From positions 1 through 61,101 of the forward strand of contig JAWOID010000027.1 in the NCBI GenBank assembly GCA_046484865.1: DNA of 61,101 nucleotides. Direction: 5' to 3'. The position numbers and the translations under genes were made by a program. Positions 17,269 through 26,292 of this stretch are shown piece by piece. Below the pieces are notes generated by a model that worked only from the letters and a program-made list of their open reading frames with translations, searched no databases and was not told where the DNA came from. Every line of letters starts with the position of its first letter. The first letter of the stretch is position 1. This stretch comes from Candidatus Krumholzibacteriia bacterium. GTDB lineage: Bacteria; Krumholzibacteriota; Krumholzibacteriia; LZORAL124-64-63.

Positions 17269-18695
17269 CCTCGCCGGCGGGCGAACTGCAGCAGGGGCAA
17301 CGCCCCCACGGTCAGGTAGGCGGCGCCACCCAGCACGATCCGCACCACCACGGGCCACGAACCCGCCAGCAGAACCGCCCCGACGAGGGCGCCGAGGGCG
17401 GGCACGAGCGCCAGCAGCAGACCGCAGAGCCGGCGGCTGAAGGTCCGGCGGTAGAGCAGCCCCAGGGTGATCGCGAGCAGCATATGCGAGGCGAACATCC
17501 CCCAGCAAGCGCCGATGCCGCCGTACCGCGGAATGAGCAAGTAGGTGCCGGCGATCGCCACGAGCGCACAGGCCACGAGCGGCGGGAAGTAGGCGCGCTG
17601 CCGGTCCTCCGCCACCAGCGAGTTGCCCAGGAAGTATCCCACCGAGAGCAGCGAGTAGGAGACTGCCAGCACCTGGAACACGGGCCCGGCGCCGGGAAAC
17701 TCGTCGCCGTAGAGCAGGGCCACCAGGTCCGGCCCCACGAGCACCCCGCCCACCGCGATCGGCAGGAGGCCGGCCACCACGAACCCGAGGTAGTGGTTGA
17801 AGCTGCGCCGGAACTCGTCCCGCTCCTGGCGAGCCAGACGCGAGAGCCGCGGCAGCAGCGCCATCCAGAGCACCTCGACCGCGACCACCAGCAGGAACAT
17901 CAGGCGCGACGCGGCCGCGTAGTTGCCGGCGGTCTCGGGGGCGGCCAGCAGCCCGAGCATGACCAGATCGATGTTCAGCAGCACCCGCAGGGTCACCACG
18001 CTGGCGCCGATGGGGGCGGCCTCGCGCCAGCGCCGGCGCATCTCGGGCCAGTCCGGCAGCCGGGGCAGCACCGGCCGGCCCAGCCATCGCGCCAGCGGCA
18101 CCATCGTCAGGAGATTCGCGAGCGCGAACGAGACCACGAACATCAGCGGCACCCAGCGATGGGCGGGCCATCCGGTGGTCCGGGCCAGCGGCGACAGCAG
18201 CAGCAGGACCATCCCCGCGTAGAGGAAGCTGCGGCCGATCTTCGCCATCCCCACCCAGAACATGCGCTCCATGCCGATCGCGATCCACGACTGCATGAAC
18301 ACCTGGGGCACGACGGCCGAGAGGTACAGGAGGAAGACGGCCGGGTCCTGATGGTAGAACGGCAGTCGGGGCAGCAGCACCAGTCCCGCCAGCAGCACCA
18401 CCGCCGCCTGCAGGACGAGCATCCCGGTGTGGCTGCGCCCGTACGCGAGCGCCCGGTCGGGGTCGTCGATGCGCGACATCTCGCGGATGCCCAGCGAGAA
18501 CATCCCCCACTCGGCGACGATCAGCGCGTAGGCGGAGAATGCCACCCCCACCTGCACGACGCCGAACCAGTGCGAACCGAGGGTCCGGGCGATGACGACC
18601 AGCGCCCAGACGTTCAGAAGCTGGGAGAGGATCTGACCGACGGTCAGGAGGCCGAGGTCGTGGAGCGCGCTCCGGCGGCCCCGCAGCGTGGTCAT
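17265..18695 (-). CDS. Wzx-type oligosaccharide flippase
   Basis: Many transmembrane helices; 'IARTLG...FG', 'IDLVMLG', 'GNYAAASRL'; ATGA overlap with the GT4 gene. Confidence 0.85.
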   Translation of the reverse strand: MTTLRGRRSALHDLGLLTVGQILSQLLNVWALVVIARTLGSHWFGVVQVGVAFSAYALIVAEWGMFSLGIREMSRIDDPDRALAYGRSHTGMLVLQAAVVLLAGLVLLPRLPFYHQDPAVFLLYLSAVVPQVFMQSWIAIGMERMFWVGMAKIGRSFLYAGMVLLLLSPLARTTGWPAHRWVPLMFVVSFALANLLTMVPLARWLGRPVLPRLPDWPEMRRRWREAAPIGASVVTLRVLLNIDLVMLGLLAAPETAGNYAAASRLMFLLVVAVEVLWMALLPRLSRLARQERDEFRRSFNHYLGFVVAGLLPIAVGGVLVGPDLVALLYGDEFPGAGPVFQVLAVSYSLLSVGYFLGNSLVAEDRQRAYFPPLVACALVAIAGTYLLIPRYGGIGACWGMFASHMLLAITLGLLYRRTFSRRLCGLLLALVPALGALVGAVLLAGSWPVVVRIVLGGAAYLTVGALPLLQFARRRG

Positions 18696-19954
18696 CCCGC
18701 GCCTCCGCGGCGCGCGACACGCTCGTACAGGTCCCCGAACCGGTCCGCCTGACGGGCCAGGGTGAAGCCGGCCGCCGCGGCGAACGCGGCGCGACCGTGC
18801 TGCCGGCGCAGTTCGCCGTCGGTCGTGTAAGCGCCGATCGCAGCGGCCAGAGCCCGCGGATCGGGCTCGATCACCACGCCGTGGACGCCGTCCTGCACCA
18901 CCTCCGGGATACCGCCCCGCCGGCTGCCGATCACCGGCAACCCGTGCAGGAAGGCGTCGAGCATGGTGCGGGGAAAGTTGTCGTGCCAGGTGGAGGGCAC
19001 GAGCATGTAGCTGCTGCCGCGGATCAGCGCCGTCTTCCGGGCGCCGGTGACCACCCCGTGGTACGACCCGTGCGCCGGGTGGCGGGCGCAGAACGCCTCC
19101 ACGGCGCCACGCAGCGGACCCTTCCCCGCGAATGCCACCCGCAGACCCGGCGGCGGTCCGGCGGCGATCAACGCGTGGAGCGCCTCCAGGAGCACGGCCA
19201 GCCCCTTGTGGGCGTCGAGTTGCGCCAGGAAGAGTCCCTGCACGGCGCCGTCGTCCGGACCGGGCGCCGGCGTGGCCGGCTGCTCGCCCTCGCAAGCGTT
19301 GGGGACGATGACACCGGGGATGTCGCGGAAGAAGCCGTGTCGCAGGTGCGTTTCCAGGTTGAACCGCGATGGCGCCGTCACCAGCGAGACGCCGTCGAGG
19401 TGACGCCGCTTCAGGTTACGCAGGACCCGGCAGGGTAGCGGGCCGCCAGCGCAGAACTCGCCGCTGCTGCGCTGCAGGGTGGTGCGCGGGCAGAGGAGGT
19501 GGAAGTCCCGCAGGGTATGCACCACCGGGATCCCGCGCTCGCGGCAGGCCTCCCAGACTGCGGTGGTGAGGCCGACGATCGTGTTCGTGTGCACCACGTC
19601 GGGGCGAACCCGGTCGAGGGCCGCCTCCGCCAGCCGGCGCCAGCGGCGATCGTGCACCTGCTGGAAGTGATGGATGCCGCGCCTGACCAGGTGCGGCGGC
19701 GACTCCCCCTCGCGCAGCAGAAGGTCGGCGGAGCCAGCCGGAGCAGCCTCCAGGACCTCGCCCGAAATCCCCTCGAGCCGACGCGCAGCCAGGGTCTCGC
19801 GCGGTCCCTCGTCCAGCCGGCCGGTGGTCGCGAGCGCGTGCACGGCGAGCCCGCGGGTGCTCAGCTCCCGCGCCAGCAGCCACGACGAGACCTCGGCGCC
19901 GCCGATCACGTTGGGATAGAAGGTGCTGTTCTCGATGATGACCGTGCCGACCAA
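18692..19954 (-). CDS. Glycosyltransferase family 4
   Basis: 'YPNVIGGAE', 'PDVVHTN', 'VVHTLRDF', 'PSTWHDNFP...D....G.PVIGSRRGGIPE'. Confidence 0.9.
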   Translation of the reverse strand: MVGTVIIENSTFYPNVIGGAEVSSWLLARELSTRGLAVHALATTGRLDEGPRETLAARRLEGISGEVLEAAPAGSADLLLREGESPPHLVRRGIHHFQQVHDRRWRRLAEAALDRVRPDVVHTNTIVGLTTAVWEACRERGIPVVHTLRDFHLLCPRTTLQRSSGEFCAGGPLPCRVLRNLKRRHLDGVSLVTAPSRFNLETHLRHGFFRDIPGVIVPNACEGEQPATPAPGPDDGAVQGLFLAQLDAHKGLAVLLEALHALIAAGPPPGLRVAFAGKGPLRGAVEAFCARHPAHGSYHGVVTGARKTALIRGSSYMLVPSTWHDNFPRTMLDAFLHGLPVIGSRRGGIPEVVQDGVHGVVIEPDPRALAAAIGAYTTDGELRRQHGRAAFAAAAGFTLARQADRFGDLYERVARRGGAG

Positions 19955-20087
19955 TCCCAGCCTCCATGACGCAGCGAGCCCCCATCAAACGGGCCGCTGC
20001 AGGGCGTGTCAAGCGTACGGGACGGCAGGGCTGGCGTGCACGGGCGGCGACCGGCCGACCGACCGACCGGTGTCCGGCGGGCGACGC

Positions 20088-20123
20088 GCGGCCGGCCTGC
20101 GCCGGGCGGCCGGCCTGCGCCGG
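20088..20123. repeat. 18-bp direct tandem duplication in a GC-rich intergenic spacer
   Basis: GCGGCCGGCCTGCGCCGG x2. Confidence 0.6.
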
Positions 20124-20213
20124 GCAGGCAGGCGGCGGCCGCCGACTGTCGACGGCCGGGCGGCCGACCTGCTGCCGCTGCCGGCGGACCGGCTGCCGGC
20201 AGCCGGATGGAGT

Positions 20214-21572
20214 TCACTCGGCTGAGAGCTCCTGCGCCAGCCGATGATAGCGCTCGTGGAAGCCCTCGCCCAGTTCGTCGTGTTCGATGTGATGATAACC
20301 TCGCACCAGGGTCCGGCGCGCATCATCGGTGAGCAGCTCGGAGACGCGCGGGAAAACGTCGTCGTGCTCCACCGCGATGTGCGTCTCCATCAGGGCCACG
20401 TAGGCCTGCAGGTGGCCGGCGAGCGTCTGCGCATCCACCCGGTCGCCTGCCGCGGCAGGCTGGACCGCCTCGCGGACGGTGGCGATCAGCCGCCGTCCCT
20501 CCTGGTGTTCACGCTCGAGTTCGGCGACCAGACCAGCCACCCGCTCACCACCGGCGGCGACCAGGGCCGGGAAGAGGTAGCGCTCTTCCTTGGCGTGGTG
20601 GCAGCGGTCGGTGAAGCTGGCGAAGAAGTCGACCATCTTCAGGATCCGGTCGGCCCGGACCTGGCCGCCGCTCTGCAGGTGAACGGCCTCGTCGGCGGCC
20701 TCGCGCAGAACGAGGCGCGTGGCCCGATGCTCCTGCTCGAGCTCATCCGTTGCACGGTCGGCATCGGCTTCGTGCTCCGGGCTGCCGTGGCCTCGAGCAT
20801 CGTGCCCCCGCTCATCATCGCCCCGAGCACTCTGCTCCCGAGCATCGTGGCTCCGAGCACTGGTTCCCCCAGCATCGTGCCCCGGGACGTCATGGCCGCT
20901 GGTCCCGTGGCCGTCCCCCTCGTGGCCGTCCCCCTCGTGGCCGCCCCGGTCGGGGTCGCCACCTTCGTGGCCCCCACCGTCATGACCGCCGGAACCGTGG
21001 GCCCCGGCGTCGTGGATGGCGCCGTGCAGCCCCTCCAAATAGTGCACCCACGTGACGTACTCGCGCACGTACCGGCGACCCGCCATCACGCTCTCGTCGC
21101 GATGCCGGTGCGCCTCGAGAGCCGCATCGAACCGGCTGCGGATGCCCTCGGACACCTCGGACTGCGCCCGCTCGACGATCTCGTCGACCGACTCCCGCTC
21201 CAGCGCCCGGTCCGCGGACTCGACCGGCCTGGCGGCGGTTCCACCCGGCTTCAAGCCCGTGTAGGGGGCGCCCTCGCTCTCGCGGTGCAACCGCACGATC
21301 GTCTCGAAGAACCAGCGGTCGGCCAGCTCCTTTGCCTCGGCGCCGCCGTCGCGAACCGCCACCGTCTTCTGGAAGGCCTGGCGCACCTCCTCTTCCTGAT
21401 CAGGTTCCACCCACTTGAGGACCGGCGTGACGCTTCCGTCCGCCAGCGCCGCCCGGGCATCGGCGACGACGGGCCCATCCAGGGTGTCGCAATGGGCGAG
21501 TGCGATCGTCGGCGCCGCCAGGAGGGCGACGACGGCAGCGAGCGGCAGGGTGCCCGAAAGAATCCCTCTCAC
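20214..21572 (-). CDS. Exported DUF6448-domain protein fused through a His/Gly-rich linker to a hemerythrin-like domain
   Basis: GTG after AAGGAG; signal peptide; 'HCDTLDGPVV...VLKWV...FFETIVRLHR..EGAPYTGLKP' (DUF6448); GH(D/E) repeats; 'EH...HHAKEERYLFP...EH...HIAVE...FP' (hemerythrin). Confidence 0.85.
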   Translation of the reverse strand: MRGILSGTLPLAAVVALLAAPTIALAHCDTLDGPVVADARAALADGSVTPVLKWVEPDQEEEVRQAFQKTVAVRDGGAEAKELADRWFFETIVRLHRESEGAPYTGLKPGGTAARPVESADRALERESVDEIVERAQSEVSEGIRSRFDAALEAHRHRDESVMAGRRYVREYVTWVHYLEGLHGAIHDAGAHGSGGHDGGGHEGGDPDRGGHEGDGHEGDGHGTSGHDVPGHDAGGTSARSHDAREQSARGDDERGHDARGHGSPEHEADADRATDELEQEHRATRLVLREAADEAVHLQSGGQVRADRILKMVDFFASFTDRCHHAKEERYLFPALVAAGGERVAGLVAELEREHQEGRRLIATVREAVQPAAAGDRVDAQTLAGHLQAYVALMETHIAVEHDDVFPRVSELLTDDARRTLVRGYHHIEHDELGEGFHERYHRLAQELSAE

Positions 21573-21795
21573 GCCATTCTCCTTCTGCCAGGGAAATTGT
21601 GTCCACCTGCCCCGGTGGTTCATTCTGCTCACGATGGGTGCTGTCCTGGCAATGATTCCTCAAGTGACGGCTCCGTTTTCCGCCTCGTGAGCGCCCGGAC
21701 ACATTTTTCCTGGCACAACCTAGGGTATTCGTGGGCATTCCGCCGCCGCTCCGCATCTGCAACCCCGCCCGCACCGCGATCGTGGAGGCCGTCGT

Positions 21796-23397
21796 ATGCC
21801 CCCGCAGGCCCCAGCCACGAGATCAACGACGATGCCGCGACACCACTGTCTTCCTGCCCGCCCTGCGCTCTCGAACCCGCTGCGCATCTTCACCCTCGGG
21901 GTGTTCCTGGCATCTGCCGCCGGCTCGGGTGGTCCGCTGGAGGCGGCGAACGCCACCGGGGGCGCGGCCGGGGACACTGTCGCCGCCGTTGCCGCCGTTG
22001 CCGCCGACGGCGCCGAGAGGGTCGCGTTCGTGCGCGAGAAGCTGGCGGCGGGCGAGTTGCGGCCGGCGTACGCGATCTGCGATTCGCTACGCAAGGCAGG
22101 CGCCGGTGACGGCGAACTGGTGCGGATCGAGGGCGAGATCCACTGGCTCGCCGGGTCGGCCGGCGCGCTGGCGGTCGCCGACTCGTTGCGGGCCCGGGGC
22201 GACGATCTGGCCGCCGAAGCGCTGTTGCTGAAGGTGGATCTGCTGCTCGGTCGGCCGCATGTGCGGGAACGGCTGCGCGAGCTGGAGGCCGCCGCCCCCG
22301 GCGATCCCGGGCTCCGGCTCGTGCGCTGGCTCCTCGAACTGGACAGCGGCTCGTGGGAGGAGGCGCGCCGGAGCGTGACGAAGGTCGCCCGGGGCGTCGA
22401 TTGCGCCTACGTGCCGGCGACCGCGCTGATGCTCGCCGCGGTGGACCGCGACTCGACCGCCGCGGCCGACGCCGCCGAGGTCATGGAGGCGCAGGACATC
22501 TGGCTGCTCACGGGTCTGCGGCGCAAGGTCGCGGCGGGTGCACTGTTCAGCGGTCCGTGCCGGGTGCAGGGGAGGAGGGAGCTGCCGTACGTCGACTGCC
22601 GTCCGTACATGTGCGTGCGCCTGACCGCCGCCGATGGTCACCAGGTCACGCTCACCCTGGACACCGGTACGGGCAGCGGCCTGCTCACGCTGCACGGGCA
22701 GGCGCTCGGCGAGGCGCTCGCCGGGCCGGAGGTCCTGCGTCTGACCGATGGGATCCAGTACCACTACATGGATGGGCCGGCCGACGTCGTGATCAAGCGG
22801 GTGGACTTCGCCGATCCGCCGGTGCGCGGCCGGCCGGTGGAGTCCTTCGACGGCCGCCTCGAGGACGTCGACGGCTGCGTGTCGCCGTTCGCCTTCCCCG
22901 GTGCGGCAGTGACCGTGGACGCTGCGGCCGGACGCGTCTGGCTGCGCGATCGCGATGATCTGGCCGCCCACGTCGCGGCGCTCGATCCGGACCGCAGCGC
23001 GGTGGTGCCGTTCGTGCGCCGCGGCGGCTGGATCTTCGTGCCGGTGCGGCTGAACGGTCACGAGGTCCTGCTGATGCTCGAGAGCGGTTCCCGTGACGTG
23101 AACATCAACAGCCTGGCCGCCCGCCGCCTGGGAATCGAGACGTACCGCAGCACGTCGACGTGGCGGGGCGAGGAACACGAGGTCACGCGAGCCGACCTGA
23201 CGGTCGAGATCGGTGGCCTGACTTACCGCTGCCCCGACGCCTTCGTCACGGGGTACGTGCTGGGCAACAATCTTACCGGCCTGGCAGGCGCCGGCGATCT
23301 CGGACCCGATTTTCTGCGCCACTACCGCTGGACCATCGACCCGTTCGACGACCGGCTCATCCTCGAGCAGTTGCCGATCGCAGGAGATGGGTCCTGA
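21796..23397 (+). CDS. Exported protein with a helical N-terminus and two retropepsin-like aspartyl protease domains
   Basis: GGAGG RBS; 'LTLDTGTG' and 'FVPVRLNG..VLLMLESGS', with a terminal 'GDLGPDFLRHYRWTID'. Confidence 0.7.
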   Translation: MPPQAPATRSTTMPRHHCLPARPALSNPLRIFTLGVFLASAAGSGGPLEAANATGGAAGDTVAAVAAVAADGAERVAFVREKLAAGELRPAYAICDSLRKAGAGDGELVRIEGEIHWLAGSAGALAVADSLRARGDDLAAEALLLKVDLLLGRPHVRERLRELEAAAPGDPGLRLVRWLLELDSGSWEEARRSVTKVARGVDCAYVPATALMLAAVDRDSTAAADAAEVMEAQDIWLLTGLRRKVAAGALFSGPCRVQGRRELPYVDCRPYMCVRLTAADGHQVTLTLDTGTGSGLLTLHGQALGEALAGPEVLRLTDGIQYHYMDGPADVVIKRVDFADPPVRGRPVESFDGRLEDVDGCVSPFAFPGAAVTVDAAAGRVWLRDRDDLAAHVAALDPDRSAVVPFVRRGGWIFVPVRLNGHEVLLMLESGSRDVNINSLAARRLGIETYRSTSTWRGEEHEVTRADLTVEIGGLTYRCPDAFVTGYVLGNNLTGLAGAGDLGPDFLRHYRWTIDPFDDRLILEQLPIAGDGS

Positions 23398-23411
23398 CGG
23401 CGACGGCCGCT

Positions 23412-23918
23412 CTACTGCTCCTGCGCACGTTCGAAACGGACCTCCGTGCCGGCCGGCAACTCCTCGATGGCCGTGATCTCGTAACGGCTCGGCTGGTAGC
23501 TCACCTCGAAGGTGAACTCCACGGGGTCGCCGGGCTCGAGCCCATCCAGCGAGACGCTGTCGGCCACCGGGAACGGCATGGTCATGCTGTCCATCCCGAC
23601 CACCTCGCCCGTGTCGTCGCGGTACTCGGGGATGGCCTGGTGACGGATGTAGACGCTCCTGTCGCCCCCCTCCTCGGGGAGACGCTCGACGATCCCGCGC
23701 ACGGTGTAGACCTCGGTCATCGGCCCGTCGCCGTGGTCGGTGACGCGCGCGTCCCCGGTGTCGTGGGCGTCGGCCTGCATGGTCGCGCGATCGTCTTCGC
23801 CTTCGCCGCCGCAGGCGGCGAGGATCAGGGCCAGCGGCAGGACGACCCCCGCGATCACGGCCACCGCCCGCGCTCTCGTCCAGACGTTCCGCCCCGCGTT
23901 CCTCCCGTGCGCTGACAT
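23412..23918 (-). CDS. CusF-like copper-binding lipoprotein
   Basis: Lipobox 'LAAC'; 'RGIV...IRHQAIP...GMDSMTMPFPV...L..LEPGDPVEFTF'. Confidence 0.8.
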   Translation of the reverse strand: MSAHGRNAGRNVWTRARAVAVIAGVVLPLALILAACGGEGEDDRATMQADAHDTGDARVTDHGDGPMTEVYTVRGIVERLPEEGGDRSVYIRHQAIPEYRDDTGEVVGMDSMTMPFPVADSVSLDGLEPGDPVEFTFEVSYQPSRYEITAIEELPAGTEVRFERAQEQ

Positions 23919-24187
23919 CGCTTCATACCTCGTCATCCGGTCCCTCCCCGGCTCGGCCACCTGGCCGGCACCGCGCGCGATGCGCACCGGCCGCGTGGCA
24001 CCCTGAGCGATCGTGGCGCCGACATGGTCTTGCAGAACCGGGATGACGGCAAGACCAAATCATGAAAATGGGCCGACGGTGAGAGGACGCGTGGCGGTCC
24101 TGATCGGCACTCCTGCGGCCCTTCGCCGACACCGGCCGTTCGATTCGATGTAGCCATTCGACCGCGCGCGTGCCTATCATGGGATCC

Positions 24188-24700
24188 ATGTCGAATCTCG
24201 AACGACGTCCGCACGAGGACCGCCCCGGTCCGCGCCGGCGCACCCGCGCCGGCGGTCTGGTGCTGGCGGTGCTCGTGGGCGTGTTCCTGGGTGCGAGCGG
24301 CTACACGTTCCTGTACGCCGAGGGTGCGTCTTACCTCTCCAGCGACCCCGAGGCCTGCGTGAACTGCCACATCATGCGCACGCAGTTCGACAGCTGGGTG
24401 AAGTCCAGCCATCACGCGGTCGCCACCTGTAACGATTGCCACATACCGCACGCGCTGCCCGGCAAGTACCTGGTGAAGATGGAGAACGGCTACGCCCACT
24501 CGAGCGCCTTCACCTTCCAGAACTTCGACGAACCGATCCAGATCCGCGACCGCAACCTGGAGGTGCTCCAGTCGAACTGCATCGACTGCCACCGCGATGC
24601 GGTCAGCATGCTGATGGCGCCGACGGCGATCCACGAGGAGGACACGGCGCGGGCCTGCGTGCGGTGCCATCTGTCGGTGGGACACGCGGCGGCGCGTTGA
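24188..24700 (+). CDS. nrfH: Cytochrome c nitrite reductase small subunit
   Basis: N-terminal transmembrane helix; 'YLSSDPEACVNCHIM'; four CXXCH motifs (CVNCH, CNDCH, CIDCH, CVRCH). Confidence 0.93.
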   Translation: MSNLERRPHEDRPGPRRRTRAGGLVLAVLVGVFLGASGYTFLYAEGASYLSSDPEACVNCHIMRTQFDSWVKSSHHAVATCNDCHIPHALPGKYLVKMENGYAHSSAFTFQNFDEPIQIRDRNLEVLQSNCIDCHRDAVSMLMAPTAIHEEDTARACVRCHLSVGHAAAR

Positions 24701-24720
24701 CGCCCGGCGAGGAGAACGAA

Positions 24721-26292
24721 ATGGCCCGAGATCCCGAGGCTCGCACCGAGCGCCACCGGCCGGCTCTCGTCTACATCCTGGCGGCGACCGTGGTGGCCCT
24801 GGCGACGGTGGCCGTCATCCTGCTGCTGCAGAACATCACCACCCGTAAGGACGAGGCGCGCACATATTACTTCCCGGTGGTGCCGGTGGACGAGACGACG
24901 GACGATCCCGAGCGATGGGCGCCGAACTTCCCCTACCAGTACGACACCTACGCCCGGCCGGCGGACGACATCCGCACGCGGTGGGGCGGCAACGAGGCTT
25001 TCCAGAAGCTGAACGTCTTCCCCATCTGGACGGCGCTGTTCGCCGGCTACGGCTTCGGCATCGACTACCGCGAGGAGCGCGGCCACGCCTACATGCTGCA
25101 GGATCAGCGCGAGACGAAGCGGGTCACCGACCTCCAGCAGCCCGGCGCCTGCCTGCAATGCCATGCCTCGACCGTCGTCGTCTACCGGCAACTGGGACTG
25201 GAGGCGGGAGAGCCCGGCGAACTGACCGATCCCTTCCAGAGCCCCACGGCGCGCGCTCAGCTCATGCGGGGGTTCGAGATCGCCTGCGCCATGCCGTACG
25301 ATTCGCTGACCCTGCGGGCCGAACATCCGGTTAGCTGCATCGACTGCCACGATCCGCAGACCATGCGCCTGCGCGTCACGCGGCCGGGCTTCCTGGTGGG
25401 CATCCAGCGCCTGGCCGAATCGGACTACCCGCTGCCGCAGTTCCCGTCGATCGAGCGGTGGCGGCAGGGCGGACGAGAGGCGGACTATGAACCCAACGAG
25501 CGCGCCTCCCGGCAGGAGATGCGCACGTTCGTCTGTGGTCAGTGCCACGTGGAGTATTACTTCAAGGGCGAGGGCAATCTGCTCACCTACCCCTGGCACA
25601 ACGGACTGCTGGCGGAGCAGATGGAGGAGTACTACGACGAGGTGGCCTTCGCCGACTGGACCCACCCCGAAAGCGGGGCCAGGCTGCTGAAGGCGCAGCA
25701 CCCGGAGTTCGAGCTATGGACGCAGGGCGCCCACTCCCAGGCGGGCGTGTCCTGCGCCGATTGTCACATGCCCTACGAGCGGATCGGTGCGGTGAAGGTG
25801 AGCAACCATCACGTGCGGAGCCCGCTGCTCGGGGTCGGCGCGGCGTGCCAGACCTGCCATCGCAACGACGAGGAGGAACTCCTCCGCCGCGCGACCGCGA
25901 TCCAGGACAAGTCCCAGGCCATGCAGGAGCAGGCGGAGCAGGCGGTGTTCGAGCTGATGCGCGACATCGCCGCGTCGGCCGCCGCCGGGGCTCCGGCGGA
26001 GCAACTCGACGAGCCGCGCCGCCGCCATCGCCAGGCCCAGTGGCGACTCGACTTCGTCGCGGCGGAGAATTCGCGCGGTTTCCATGCCGACCAGGAGACG
26101 GCGCGGCTGCTCGCCGGCGCCATGGAACTGGCCCGCCGGGGCCAGATCACGGTCGCGCGGCTGGGGCTCGAGCTGCCGCCCGAGTCCGAGCGCTACGTGC
26201 CGCCGGAGCCGCTTCCGGACGAGCCGCCGCCGGGGCCGGCGAACGGTCTGCCGGGGTCGAACGCGCGGTCTACGGGCGCGTCGTCGCCGTGA
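24721..26292 (+). CDS. nrfA: Ammonia-forming pentaheme cytochrome c nitrite reductase
   Basis: Five heme motifs (CLQCH, CIDCH, CGQCHVEYYF, CADCHMP, CQTCH); 'KAQHPEFE'; 'RGHAY'; 'AENSRGFHA'; follows nrfH. Confidence 0.93.
   Translation: MARDPEARTERHRPALVYILAATVVALATVAVILLLQNITTRKDEARTYYFPVVPVDETTDDPERWAPNFPYQYDTYARPADDIRTRWGGNEAFQKLNVFPIWTALFAGYGFGIDYREERGHAYMLQDQRETKRVTDLQQPGACLQCHASTVVVYRQLGLEAGEPGELTDPFQSPTARAQLMRGFEIACAMPYDSLTLRAEHPVSCIDCHDPQTMRLRVTRPGFLVGIQRLAESDYPLPQFPSIERWRQGGREADYEPNERASRQEMRTFVCGQCHVEYYFKGEGNLLTYPWHNGLLAEQMEEYYDEVAFADWTHPESGARLLKAQHPEFELWTQGAHSQAGVSCADCHMPYERIGAVKVSNHHVRSPLLGVGAACQTCHRNDEEELLRRATAIQDKSQAMQEQAEQAVFELMRDIAASAAAGAPAEQLDEPRRRHRQAQWRLDFVAAENSRGFHADQETARLLAGAMELARRGQITVARLGLELPPESERYVPPEPLPDEPPPGPANGLPGSNARSTGASSP

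Noticed and set aside
17269..18720. N-terminal extension of the 836-aa ORF (apparent fusion to ATP-grasp)
   Set aside because: It overlaps the flippase in another frame; the true start is at the ATGA overlap at 17268.
20770..21010. Short direct repeats resembling a CRISPR or VNTR array
   Set aside because: In-frame coding repeats for the His/Gly linker; no constant repeat with unique spacers and no cas genes.
21651..21663. AATGATTCCTCAA as a Fur box upstream of the hemerythrin fusion
   Set aside because: Only a partial match with off-register spacing; too weak to call.
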